Shown: piece after piece, positions 50,796-60,627 of the stretch | How the letters are laid out: each line of letters opens with the position of its first letter | Numbering within the stretch: the stretch's first letter is position 1 | NCBI GenBank assembly: GCA_037441385.1 | Contig: JBBISH010000001.1 | Location: forward strand, 1-64,000 | Length of the DNA: 64,000 bases | Reading direction: 5' to 3' | DNA from: Myxococcales bacterium | GTDB lineage: Bacteria; Myxococcota_A; UBA9042 | The notes under the pieces: generated by a model | The model's database searches: none | Told to the model about the DNA's origin: nothing | The model's input: only the letters and a program-made list of their open reading frames with translations | Position numbers and translations under genes: made by a program

Positions 50796-51938
50796 TTAGG
50801 CTCGCTCGAACAGGCCGGCCGCGCCCATGCCGCCGCCCACACACATTGTCACAATTCCGTAGCGGCCGCCGGTGCGGCGCAGGTTGTGCAAGAGCGTGGC
50901 CGTCAGCTTGGCGCCCGTCGCACCCAGCGGGTGGCCCAGGGCGATGGCGCCGCCCAGGGGGTTGACCTTGGCCGGATCCAGTTCGAGCTGCCGCATCACC
51001 GCCAGCGACTGGGCGGCAAAGGCCTCGTTCAGCTCGAATTGGTCGATGTCGCTGATCTTGAGGCCGGCGCGGTCCAGCAGCTTGGGCACCGCCGCCACCG
51101 GGCCGATGCCCATGATCTCCGGGGCGACGCCAGCGACCTGGAAGCCGCGGAAATAACCCAGGATCGGCAAGCCAAGCGACTTGGCCATGTCCTCGCTCAT
51201 GATCAGCGCCGCCGCGGCGCCATCGGTCAGCGGCGACGACGAGCCCGCCGTCACGCTGCCGGGGTTCTGGAACGCCGGCTTCAGCTTGGCCAGGCCTTCC
51301 AGCGTGGTGTCGCCGCGCGGCAATTCGTCTTTGGCAAGGCTGCCTTCTGCCGTGTTGACCGCCACCAGCTCGGCATCGAACAGGCCATCGTCTTGGGCCT
51401 TGCTGGCGCGGAGCTGCGACTGCAGGGCAAAGGCGTCTTGATCGGCGCGGGCGATGTTGTGCTGCTTGGCGACCAGCTCGGCGGTGTTGCCCATCGGCAT
51501 GTACACCTCGGGCCATTCGCGGATCACGGTGGGATGGGGGGCAATCTTGAAGCCGCCCATGGGCACCTGACTCATCGACTCCACACCGCCGGCGATGGCG
51601 ACGTCCATGTGGCCGGCTTGGATGGCCATGGCGGCCTGGGCGATGGCCTGCAGGCCCGAGCTGCAGAAGCGGTTGACGGTCGCCGCGGGCACTTCGACCG
51701 GCAGACCGGCGCGGAGGGCGGCGATGCGGGCGATGTTCATGCCTTGCGGGCCTTCGGGCATCGCGCAACCCAGCACGACGTCTTGGATTTGCCCACCGGT
51801 GACTCCGGGGGCGGCCTGCAGCACGCCGCGGATGGCGGTGGCGGCAAGGTCTTCGGGGCGCACGCGGGCCAGGCTGCCCTTGAGGCCGCGGCCGCACGGG
51901 GTGCGCACGGCGGCGACGATGACGGCGGTACGAGACAT
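50796..51938 (-). CDS. fadA: Acetyl-CoA C-acyltransferase (thiolase)
   Basis: VNRFCSSGLQA, GGVESMS, NEAFA, GHPLGATG, MCVGGGMG; AAGGAG RBS. Confidence 0.92.
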   Translation of the reverse strand: MSRTAVIVAAVRTPCGRGLKGSLARVRPEDLAATAIRGVLQAAPGVTGGQIQDVVLGCAMPEGPQGMNIARIAALRAGLPVEVPAATVNRFCSSGLQAIAQAAMAIQAGHMDVAIAGGVESMSQVPMGGFKIAPHPTVIREWPEVYMPMGNTAELVAKQHNIARADQDAFALQSQLRASKAQDDGLFDAELVAVNTAEGSLAKDELPRGDTTLEGLAKLKPAFQNPGSVTAGSSSPLTDGAAAALIMSEDMAKSLGLPILGYFRGFQVAGVAPEIMGIGPVAAVPKLLDRAGLKISDIDQFELNEAFAAQSLAVMRQLELDPAKVNPLGGAIALGHPLGATGAKLTATLLHNLRRTGGRYGIVTMCVGGGMGAAGLFERA

Positions 51939-52018
51939 GGGGTACTCCTTTGTTCGTCCTGTGGACTGGCTGTCGACAAGCTGTGGACAGCGGTTTGGAG
52001 GTTCTTGTAGTCCTTGGT

Positions 52019-54388
52019 CTAGTTGCGGAGCGGCTTGCCGGTGGTCAGCATGTGCGCGACGCGGTCGCGGGTCTTCTGCATGCCGGCCAGGCGCAGGAAC
52101 GACTCGCGCTCCAGGTCCAGCAGGTCCCACTCGGTCTTCTTGCCGCCGCCCTCGCCGCCGCACAGCACGCGCCCGACCTCGTGGCCGATGGCGCAGTCGT
52201 GCTCGCTGGCCTGACCGGCGCAGCGGAACGAGTACAGCGCGTAGTCGAACAGCGCCATGCCCTCGGCACCCGGCATGATCAGGTTGTCGGGCGCCATGGC
52301 CGGGCGGTATCCCTCGGACACCAGGTTCAGGACCTTCTGCTTGGCGTGGCCGATGCGCTGGTCGCCGTCGAAGCTGATGGCGTCTTCGGCGCGCAGGAAG
52401 TTCAGCTCGCGGGCGTTGCCGGCGCCGGTCGAGACCTTGGCCAAGGCGATGGTCTCGAAGGCCTTTTGCAGGGCCAGCGTGCGGTCCAGGCGGCTGCCGG
52501 CGTCGATGCCGTTCAGTGCGCGCACCGCCAGCTCCTTGGTGCCGCCCGCGCCGGGGATGAGGCCTACGCCGACTTCGACCAGGCCGAAGTAGGTCTCGGC
52601 CGCGGCCTGCATCCGGCTGGAGTGCATGGCGATCTCGCAGCCGCCGCCAAACGTCATGCCGTGCGGGGCGGCGACGATCGGCGCGTGGCTATACTTGAAC
52701 TGCATGAAAAGGCTTTGGAACATCTTGACTGCGCCGGCCAATTCGTCCCACTTGCCCTCGCTGGCGAACTGGGCAATGAAGCCCAGGTTGGCGCCGACGG
52801 AGAAGTTGCCGCCGTCGTTGCCGATCACCAGCCCGACCCACGGGCCCTTGTCCAGCAGTTCCAGGGCCTTGTAGCCCATCTCGATGATCTTGTCGTCGAG
52901 CGCGTTGGCCTTGCTGCGGAAGGCAAGGCACAGCACATGGTCGCCCAAATCCAGCAGCTGCGCCGAGGGGTTCTCGGCTACGACCTTGCCGCCCGCGCGC
53001 ACGTCGCTGAGGTGCAGACCCGGCAGCGCCGGCACCGCCAGGCGCTCCAGCTTGAAGTTGGTCTGCTGCTTGCCCTCGTAGAACGAGGACTTGCCGCTAG
53101 CCAGCAGCTTTTGCACCGCCGCCGGAACTTCGCGGCCTTCCGACTTCAGGCGCTCGGCCACCGCGGCCACGCCCAGCGCGTCCCACAGCTCGAACGGCCC
53201 CAGCTGCCAGTTGAAGCCCCAGCGCATGGCGCGGTCGATGCTGACCACGTCGTCGGCGATTTCGCCCAGCAAATTGGCGGCATAGCACAGCGAGCGGCTC
53301 AGGGTGTCCCAGGCCAGCTTGCCGCCGCGGTCGTCCGAGAAGGCGATGGCCTTGATGCGCGCGCCGGTGTCGCGGATCTTGCCGTGGGCGGCCAAGCACG
53401 GGAAATCCGCCTTGATCTGCGGGACGTAGTCCTGCTTGGCGGGGTCCAGCACCAAGATGTCGGCGCCGACCTTGCGGTAGAAGCCCGCGCCCACCTTTTG
53501 GCCAATGGCACCCTTGGCGATCATGGCCTTGAGCACCGGGTGCAGGTCGAAAATCGCGCGGTTGGGGTCGCTCTGCAGGTTGTCGTAGCAGTTCTGGGCG
53601 ACGTGGCCCAGCGTGTCCAGACCGACCACGTCGGCGGTACGGAACACCGCGCTCTTGGGCCGGCCCATCGGCTCGCCGAACAGGGCGTCGACCTCGTCGA
53701 TGCGATAACCCTGACCGAACACCAGGTTCACCGCCTGCATCATGTCATGGACGCCGATGCGGTTGGCGATGAAGTTGATGGTGTCTTTGGCGTCGACGAC
53801 GCCCTTGCCCAGGTCGTCCTGGCAGAACTTGCTCATCTTCTGGACGATGGCGGGGTCGGTGAACTCGCCCGCGACGATCTCGACCAGCTTCATGTAACGG
53901 ACAGGATTGAAGAAGTGCGTGATGAGGAAGTGCTTCTTGAAGCCCTCGCTGCGCGGCTCGACCATCTTGGCCAGCGGGATGCCCGAGGTGTTGGAACTGA
54001 CGATGGTGTGCGGCGCACGGTGGGTGTCGATGGCCGAAAACACTGCGTTCTTGATGTCCAAACGCTCGGTGACGGCTTCCACGACCCAGTCGCAGGCGCC
54101 AAGCTCGACGAGGTCGTCTTGCAGGTTGCCGATGCGGATGCGCGCGGCTTCGGCCGGGCGGTGAATGGGCGCCGGCTTGAGCACCAGCGCGCGGTCCAGA
54201 CCGCCCTGGGCGATGGCGTTGCGGGCCTTCTTGACCTTGGCGTCGCCAGCGGCGAAAGCCGGCGCGTCCTTGGGAACGATGTCGACCAGGAGCACGTCGA
54301 TCCCGGCCGAGGCCAGGTGGCAGGCAATGCCTGTGCCCATGACACCGGCGCCGACGACACCGACTTTGTTGATGCGGTGCAAAGACAT
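52019..54388 (-). CDS. 3-hydroxyacyl-CoA dehydrogenase/enoyl-CoA hydratase (FadN-type)
   Basis: GAGVMG, SSNTSG, HFFNPVRYM, FSVGANL, GGGCE, EVGVGLIPGAGG, TGKPLRN. Confidence 0.92.
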   Translation of the reverse strand: MSLHRINKVGVVGAGVMGTGIACHLASAGIDVLLVDIVPKDAPAFAAGDAKVKKARNAIAQGGLDRALVLKPAPIHRPAEAARIRIGNLQDDLVELGACDWVVEAVTERLDIKNAVFSAIDTHRAPHTIVSSNTSGIPLAKMVEPRSEGFKKHFLITHFFNPVRYMKLVEIVAGEFTDPAIVQKMSKFCQDDLGKGVVDAKDTINFIANRIGVHDMMQAVNLVFGQGYRIDEVDALFGEPMGRPKSAVFRTADVVGLDTLGHVAQNCYDNLQSDPNRAIFDLHPVLKAMIAKGAIGQKVGAGFYRKVGADILVLDPAKQDYVPQIKADFPCLAAHGKIRDTGARIKAIAFSDDRGGKLAWDTLSRSLCYAANLLGEIADDVVSIDRAMRWGFNWQLGPFELWDALGVAAVAERLKSEGREVPAAVQKLLASGKSSFYEGKQQTNFKLERLAVPALPGLHLSDVRAGGKVVAENPSAQLLDLGDHVLCLAFRSKANALDDKIIEMGYKALELLDKGPWVGLVIGNDGGNFSVGANLGFIAQFASEGKWDELAGAVKMFQSLFMQFKYSHAPIVAAPHGMTFGGGCEIAMHSSRMQAAAETYFGLVEVGVGLIPGAGGTKELAVRALNGIDAGSRLDRTLALQKAFETIALAKVSTGAGNARELNFLRAEDAISFDGDQRIGHAKQKVLNLVSEGYRPAMAPDNLIMPGAEGMALFDYALYSFRCAGQASEHDCAIGHEVGRVLCGGEGGGKKTEWDLLDLERESFLRLAGMQKTRDRVAHMLTTGKPLRN

Positions 54389-54731
54389 AGAAGACCTCGC
54401 GCGGAGCCGCAGCCCCATAGTGACCGGACCCGCCGGGAAACGATCCGCGGCAGATCAACAACGAGTGCAGGTCAAAAACATTTGGCGCAACAAAGACTTG
54501 GCATCGAGCGCGCCTGCCACAATTCCCGCCAAGGGGCTTGCAGCGAACCAGCAGTGTAGGCGGGCGCCAGCGGCGTGTCGATGCAGCCGCCTGTGCCAGC
54601 CGTGCGCTTGGTCAGGACTTCGTCACCGCTGGGCGGAGTGTGGCGCCGACGTCGCCCCACGTTCGTCAATCCGTAACGAATTCAATAAGTAGAAAATGGC
54701 TGCTCGTTTCGTGGCTAGCGCTGTACGGTGG

Positions 54732-55511
54732 CTAGCGCAGCTGCCGCTCGAGCCATTCGCGGATGTGCGCCGTCTCGCTGTCGGGGATCGTGTGCGCTTC
54801 GCCGTGCTGGGCGAACTCGACGGCGATGCCGACCTTTTTCAACTGCTCGGCGGCGTCGCGCCCGCGCGCAAGAGGGACGACCTGGTCCTCGCTGCCGTGG
54901 ACGAACAAAACCGGCGTGGCGGTGGCCGCTTGCTTGGCGTCCAGGGGGTAGGCCAGCGCGCCCGCGATGCAGACGGCGGCGGCGACTTGCGACGGGTGCT
55001 CGGCGACGAAGTGGGCGGCGACGAAGCAACCCTGCGAAAAGCCTAGCAGCGCCACCTTGCGACCCGGTGCCGAGCGCACGTGCGCTTCGACCAGGCGTTC
55101 GGCGGACTGCATGTCGGCGCGACCCTGGTCGGGCGCATCGGACCGGAACCACTGGGTGTTTTCGCGCCATGGCAACGGCGCCTTGAGCAGCCGCCACGTC
55201 CACTTGGGGCCCAGACGGCCCGCGACGGCCGAGAAGTGTTCGGGCGTGTCGCCGCGGCCGTGTAGCGCCAAGACCAGCGGGCCCTTGCTGTCCGCGCCGG
55301 GCGGACTCTGGTCGACCCACACGCCGGGGAGCGCCTGGTCCACCGCCACCGGCGAGCTCACATCCGCCGTGGGCGCAGTTGCCTTGGAGTCGCCGCGATC
55401 GAGCGCAGTATTCGCGGGCTGGTCGGCCGGTTGGCGCAGCACCACCACCGCAACGGCGGCAAGGGCGCCAAGCCCCACGGCGGCCAGCAGAATCTTCCAG
55501 CGAACTTCCAC
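54732..55511 (-). CDS. Membrane-anchored alpha/beta hydrolase (phospholipase/carboxylesterase)
   Basis: LHGRG, GFSQG, HGSEDQVV, AHTI; N-terminal hydrophobic anchor. Confidence 0.85.
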   Translation of the reverse strand: MEVRWKILLAAVGLGALAAVAVVVLRQPADQPANTALDRGDSKATAPTADVSSPVAVDQALPGVWVDQSPPGADSKGPLVLALHGRGDTPEHFSAVAGRLGPKWTWRLLKAPLPWRENTQWFRSDAPDQGRADMQSAERLVEAHVRSAPGRKVALLGFSQGCFVAAHFVAEHPSQVAAAVCIAGALAYPLDAKQAATATPVLFVHGSEDQVVPLARGRDAAEQLKKVGIAVEFAQHGEAHTIPDSETAHIREWLERQLR

Positions 55512-55581
55512 GCAATCCCCTTGGGGTGCCGTCGCCGGCCTGTCCCAGCGTCAGGATCTACCACGGCCGGGCGGCCGAGCG

Positions 55582-57276
55582 CTATCCCCCGTAGGCATAC
55601 TCGTCGTTGACGCGGTCATCCAGCGTGCCGAACTTGGTCAACTTGCCTTCGAAGTGCAGGTCGATGTCGCCGGTCATGCCCGCGCGCTGCTTGGCCACCA
55701 CCAGCTGGGCCAGGTGCTCGGGCGCGTCCTTGTTGTAGTAGTTCTCGCGGTGGATGAACCAAATGATATCCGCGTCTTGCTCGATCGAGCCGGACTCGCG
55801 CAGGTCGCTCATCTGCGGCTTCTTGCTGTTGCCGTCGCGCTTCTCCAGGCTGCGGTTGAGCTGCGACAACGCCACCACCGTGCAGTGGCTCTCTTTGGCC
55901 AGCGCCTTGAGCGAGCGCGAGATCTCGGCGACCTCTTGCTCGCGGCTCTGCTTGGCGCCGCCGGTGCCGCGCATCAGCTGCAGGTAGTCGACCACCACCA
56001 ACGTCAGCGGCCCGCCCATCTCCAGGCGCTTGCAGCGCGACCGCAGCTCGACGGTCGACAGGGCCGGCGTATCGTCGATGTGCAGGTCCAGGTCGGCCAA
56101 CTCGCTCGCCGCCTCGCGCAGCAGCCGCTCGTCTTCGTTCGAGAGCTGGCCGGTGCGCAATTCCTTCAGGCCAATCCGCGACCGCGACGACAGCATGCGC
56201 ATGACCAGCTGCTCGCGGCCCATTTCCAGCGAAAAGAACGCGACCCGCGCCCGCGCCTGCTCGGGAGTGCGACCCGGCTGCTCGGCCACGTTGACCGCCA
56301 GGTTCAGCGCGAACGCCGACTTGCCCATCGCCGGGCGCGCCGCCAGGATGATCAGGTCGGTGGCGTGCAGGCCCAGGTGCCAGCGGTCGATGTCGCGAAA
56401 ACCCGTAGAAATGCCTACAATTTCGCCGCCGCGGGCCCGCGCGTCCAGCACCCTTTGGTAGGTCTCGCCGACCAGTTGGCTCAGCGGCTGCGGGCCGCCG
56501 CGCACCGTGTCCTTCAGGGCGTTACCGATCTCCTTTTCGACGATCTGGACAAATTCATCAGGATCCAGGCCGCGTTCGTAGCCCTTGGACTGGACGAGGT
56601 GGGTCGCCTTCAGGATCCGTCGCGCCCGCGCCAGCTTGCTCAGCGCGTGGGCGTAGTGCTCCACGGCCGCCGAGCTGCCCACCTCGCGGCACAGCTCGAA
56701 CAAGTAAGCGAGCGCCACCGGGTTTTTGTCCTTGAGCTGCTGCTCCAGGATCGTGTGAACCGCCACCACGTCGGTGCTCGCGTTGTCCATCGCCAAGCGC
56801 GTGATGGTCTTGAAGATCTCGACGTGGCGCTGGTCGTAGAAGTCGTCCGCTTGCATGGACGACATCGCCAGCGGCACGGCCTCGGGATCGGTCAGGCACG
56901 CGCCCAGGACGGCCCGTTCGGCCAGCAAGTTGGCGGGCTGCAAGGGCGACGTAGCGACAGCCGCCTGACCTTCGCGCGCAGCCGGCGTCCGGAGCCCGCC
57001 CAGGCGCCCGCGTCGAGCCGAGGGGGCAGCGGTAGCTGGCGCAAACTCGCGGGGCGAGGTCGGCTCGTGATCAGGAAAGAATCCATCGCCGTCGCCGAAA
57101 TGGGGCGGCGAGCCAAAGGGGTCTGGCTCTGCCTCTATCCCGCTTAGATCGTTGAATTCACTAGGTGATTCGTCGAAGAAGGGGGCATCTTCGCTCCAAG
57201 TCGGCTCGGCCGGCTGGGACGAATCGGCCTCGGAATCGGGCGGCAGGTGCGATGGGGGTTGCAAAGGCATGGACAT
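55582..57276 (-). CDS. dnaB: Replicative DNA helicase with long acidic N-terminal extension
   Basis: AERAVLG, AARPAMGKS, FSLEM, VDYLQLM, LSQLNR, SDLRESGSIEQDAD. Confidence 0.95.
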   Translation of the reverse strand: MSMPLQPPSHLPPDSEADSSQPAEPTWSEDAPFFDESPSEFNDLSGIEAEPDPFGSPPHFGDGDGFFPDHEPTSPREFAPATAAPSARRGRLGGLRTPAAREGQAAVATSPLQPANLLAERAVLGACLTDPEAVPLAMSSMQADDFYDQRHVEIFKTITRLAMDNASTDVVAVHTILEQQLKDKNPVALAYLFELCREVGSSAAVEHYAHALSKLARARRILKATHLVQSKGYERGLDPDEFVQIVEKEIGNALKDTVRGGPQPLSQLVGETYQRVLDARARGGEIVGISTGFRDIDRWHLGLHATDLIILAARPAMGKSAFALNLAVNVAEQPGRTPEQARARVAFFSLEMGREQLVMRMLSSRSRIGLKELRTGQLSNEDERLLREAASELADLDLHIDDTPALSTVELRSRCKRLEMGGPLTLVVVDYLQLMRGTGGAKQSREQEVAEISRSLKALAKESHCTVVALSQLNRSLEKRDGNSKKPQMSDLRESGSIEQDADIIWFIHRENYYNKDAPEHLAQLVVAKQRAGMTGDIDLHFEGKLTKFGTLDDRVNDEYAYGG

Positions 57277-57427
57277 GGCGCCAGTCTACTGCACGTGCGG
57301 GATCCTCGTCACTCGAATCGCGCACACCCAAGCCAAGCTCCCTGCGAAACTGCGCTGCTTGACGGCGCAAACGACCACGCCGCACTCCCCCGTACTTGAC
57401 CGGGTGCGCGGCCTACTAGAGGACCCG

Positions 57428-58048
57428 ATGCTCAAAGTCGGCGACGAGACGGAAGGTTATTGCCCGCGCTGCCGTCTCAACACCTATCAGATCGTCTCGG
57501 CCACGGACGGCCGCGAGATCTTCACCGCCACCTGTCGCACCTGCCGCAACACGTTCCAATACAAGCCGGAACTGTCGCTCGAAGAAGTCCGCGACAAGCA
57601 GATCAAGAAGCTCAAGACCTTGCAGAAGAAGCGCGTCGCCGGCAACCCCGACATCGTGCAGTTCGCTTCGCGCAAGTCGGCCGGCAAGGGCGACATGGAC
57701 ATGCCGCTGCGGGCCTACCGCGAGATGATGGGCAAGGACCCCGACGCCGGACTGCCGCCGCAAGGCGGGCCGATTCGCGAGCCCGTGGCCCAGGTTGCGG
57801 TCAGTGGCGCCGCCGAGACCCCCGCCGCGCGCTGGACCCGGATGACCGCGACGCTGTCGGCCCGCGATGGCCGGCCGTACAACCCGTCCCGGACCTACAA
57901 AGAGGGCGACGTGCTGCTGCACAAGTCGCACGGCCTGGGGCTGGTCGAGAACGTCCTGCACGAGAACGCCGCGATGGTTTTGTTCCGCGACGCCGAAAAG
58001 GTGCTCGAGATGGGCGCCGCGGCCGTCGAGGTCGCGCAGCGCCGCTAG
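57428..58048 (+). CDS. Zn-ribbon protein with C-terminal Tudor/SH3-like domain
   Basis: CPRC...CRTC; YKEGDVLLHKSHGLGLV..V.F; GAGGA RBS. Confidence 0.75.
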   Translation: MLKVGDETEGYCPRCRLNTYQIVSATDGREIFTATCRTCRNTFQYKPELSLEEVRDKQIKKLKTLQKKRVAGNPDIVQFASRKSAGKGDMDMPLRAYREMMGKDPDAGLPPQGGPIREPVAQVAVSGAAETPAARWTRMTATLSARDGRPYNPSRTYKEGDVLLHKSHGLGLVENVLHENAAMVLFRDAEKVLEMGAAAVEVAQRR

Positions 58049-58080
58049 CAAAAGTGTACGATTATCAAGAAGTAATGCTA

Positions 58081-59622
58081 CTAGCCAAACAGTGCCCGCA
58101 GCAACTGCGTGTCGCCTTGGACGGCGGTTCGCTGCCAGTAGAAGCGCAGGCCGCGCTCGCCGCCCAGTTCTTCGCCGCCGCCGGCCTTGCCCGGACCGCC
58201 GTGGACCAGGCTGGGCATTACCGCGCCGTGGCCCACGCCCTGGTCAAAGACTTTGGCGCTGCCCCAGTAAATGCGGCCGGTGTAGGGCGCCACGCCGGGC
58301 ACCACCTGGCGGCACCAGTCCAAGTCGTCCGAGAACACCGAGCAGGCCAGGCTGCCGCCGCCGCGGGCGACGATCGCCACCACTTCGGCCGGCGAGCCTT
58401 CGACCGGCAGTAGGGTCGCCGCGGGGCCAAACACTTCGTGATCGTGGATAAATTCGGCGTCGCTCCCCGCGTCGCTCTGGAACAGGCTGGGGGGCGCGTA
58501 GCAGCCTTGGGCCGGCGCGCCGCCCTGCCAAATCAGACTGGCGTGTCGGCTGAGCTCGGCCAAACCGGCGAGCACGTCGCGCTGCTGGGTCGGCCCGGCC
58601 AACGGACCCACCTGGCTGCGATCCTCTGCCGGGTCGCCCACTTGCAGGTCCTGCAGCCGCGCCACTAGCTCGTCTTTCACGTCGGCCAGCAGGGCCTTGG
58701 GCACCACGATGCGGCGGATCGCCGTGCACTTCTGCCCAGCTTTCTGAGTCAATTCACGGACCACCTCGGCCAGGAACATGGTCCAGGTGTCGCTGCCCGG
58801 CGCGACGTCGGGGCCCAGCACGCAGGCGTTCAGCGAATCCGCCTCGACATTGACCGGTACGTTCCACTTCAAGACCGCGGAATGACTACGAATCTGCTGG
58901 GCGGTGCTGCCCGAACCCGTAAAGACGATCGCGTCTTGCGGGCCCACGTGATCCAACAGGTCGCCCGCCGAGCCCACCAGCAGTTGCACCGCGCCCGCCG
59001 GCAGCAGCCCTTCTTGGACCCACAACTCCACGATGCGCACACTCAGCCACGCCGTCGCCGTGCCTGGCTTGGCCAGCACCGGCATCCCCGCCAGCAGCGC
59101 CACCGCGATCTTCTCGCACAGGTTCCACGCCGGGAAATTGAACGCGTTGATGTGGATCGCCACACCCTGCCGCGGCGACCACACGTGCTGGGCGACGAAG
59201 CGCTTCGATCGCGAGAATTGCACCTGCTCGCCGTCGCAAAGGGTCGTCTTGTCGCCCAGTTGCGCGCCCAGCTTGGCGTAGGTCGCCAGCGTGCCCGAGG
59301 CGCCGTCCACGTCGAACTTGCCGTCGCTCCGATTCGCACCCAGGTTGGCGCGCGCCACGTCCAGCAACTCGTCGCGGTGCGCCACCAGCGAGGCCGAAAG
59401 TTTGCCAAGCAATTCACCGCGCTGGGCAAACGTCATCGCTCGCAGCGCCGGGCCGCCCACCGCCCGACCGTGCTGCAGCGCCGCCCGCAAGTCCAGGCCC
59501 TTGCTCGAGCATTGGGCAATCACCTCGCCCGAAGCAGGGTTGTGCAAGGGCGTGTGCGGCGCCGCGCCGGCCTGCCAGCAATCGCACAGGTAAGACTGCA
59601 GAGTAATCAAGGCGTTCGACAT
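58081..59622 (-). CDS. Aldehyde dehydrogenase, 3,4-dehydroadipyl-CoA semialdehyde dehydrogenase/PaaZ-N type
   Basis: DVDGASGTL, HINAFNFPAW, FTGS, NVEADSLN, GQKCTAIRR, HGGPGKAGGGEELGG. Confidence 0.85.
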   Translation of the reverse strand: MSNALITLQSYLCDCWQAGAAPHTPLHNPASGEVIAQCSSKGLDLRAALQHGRAVGGPALRAMTFAQRGELLGKLSASLVAHRDELLDVARANLGANRSDGKFDVDGASGTLATYAKLGAQLGDKTTLCDGEQVQFSRSKRFVAQHVWSPRQGVAIHINAFNFPAWNLCEKIAVALLAGMPVLAKPGTATAWLSVRIVELWVQEGLLPAGAVQLLVGSAGDLLDHVGPQDAIVFTGSGSTAQQIRSHSAVLKWNVPVNVEADSLNACVLGPDVAPGSDTWTMFLAEVVRELTQKAGQKCTAIRRIVVPKALLADVKDELVARLQDLQVGDPAEDRSQVGPLAGPTQQRDVLAGLAELSRHASLIWQGGAPAQGCYAPPSLFQSDAGSDAEFIHDHEVFGPAATLLPVEGSPAEVVAIVARGGGSLACSVFSDDLDWCRQVVPGVAPYTGRIYWGSAKVFDQGVGHGAVMPSLVHGGPGKAGGGEELGGERGLRFYWQRTAVQGDTQLLRALFG

Positions 59623-59718
59623 CGGGCTCCCCTCGCCGGCGCAGACCGGGCGGCGCAAGGTAGCGCGAGCCTTCGCCGGCGGCAAGCTGAGGCCGCCGCG
59701 CTGGTCAAAAAACCGAAG

Positions 59719-60609
59719 TTAGTCCTGGCACATCGGCTTGTCGCCGTCGGGGCAGCGGAAGCGGATGTGGAAGTGATCGGCGTGGCCGGCGGCGTGGCGA
59801 ATCAGGCCGCGCGGCACGGTGGGCCCGGCCGGGTACTGAAATAGCGGCTCCAACTGCTCCTCTTTGTAGCCCACTGCCAGCAGGTCGTCGTACAGCAGGG
59901 CCTGCAACTCGTAGTCCATAAAGACAAACGCCAGCTTGCCGGTCGCCAGCAGCGTCTCCAGCACCGCCCACAGCCGCTCGGTGTCCACGTTGCCCGAGTC
60001 GGTCGGCACGAAGTGCTTGGCCCCGCCGCGGATCGTGAGCGGATAGCCGATATCCACGTCGCGTCCGGACTGGTGCGACTTGTGCGGCGGATAAAAGCCG
60101 CCCTCTTGCTTGCTCACCCCGCCGATGATCAGCGGTGCAGTCCCCGGAAACTGTTGCGCCAGCACCTGTCCGCAGCGCTGCAGCAACGCGATCGTCTCGT
60201 CCGTGCCAAACCCGTTCTTGTTCGTTGACCGATAGCCAGGTCCGCTGGGCGGCAGCCGGCAGCCGTTCTCCAGCGAGCCCGAGGTCACCGACCCCAGCGA
60301 CCGCGCCGGCCCGCTCCGGTCCCCGTCGTTGGCGCACACCGCGGCCGGCAGGTTCACGTCGGGCAAGCCATGGCGACCCACGCCCCGCGGCCGCACCGGC
60401 ACCCGCACCCGCGGGATCGGCTCCAGCGCCGAGTCGGCGATCCCGTCGTCGCCGCCTTCCAGCGCCGAATCGTCTACGAATTCCATGCGATCGAAGCCGA
60501 TGTCGCGTTCTTCCGGTGCGCTGCAGCCCACCAGCCCGAGCGCGAGCCCGAGCCCGATCCAGGTCCCGATCCAGGTCCCGGTCCAGGTTCCGGTCCCGGT
60601 CCCGCCCAT
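59719..60609 (-). CDS. Penicillin-insensitive murein endopeptidase (MepA/M74-like) lipoprotein
   Basis: Lipobox LVGC; GSLENG, FGT.E, HKSHQSGRDVDI, HADHFHIR. Confidence 0.82.
   Translation of the reverse strand: MGGTGTGTWTGTWIGTWIGLGLALGLVGCSAPEERDIGFDRMEFVDDSALEGGDDGIADSALEPIPRVRVPVRPRGVGRHGLPDVNLPAAVCANDGDRSGPARSLGSVTSGSLENGCRLPPSGPGYRSTNKNGFGTDETIALLQRCGQVLAQQFPGTAPLIIGGVSKQEGGFYPPHKSHQSGRDVDIGYPLTIRGGAKHFVPTDSGNVDTERLWAVLETLLATGKLAFVFMDYELQALLYDDLLAVGYKEEQLEPLFQYPAGPTVPRGLIRHAAGHADHFHIRFRCPDGDKPMCQD
60556..60603. repeat. Degenerate 12-bp tandem repeat encoding GTW(T/I) units in the signal peptide
   Basis: GATCCAGGTCCC GATCCAGGTCCC GGTCCAGGTTCC GGTCCCGGTCCC. Confidence 0.75.
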
Positions 60610-60627
60610 GCCGCGGAGAGGCCGCAA

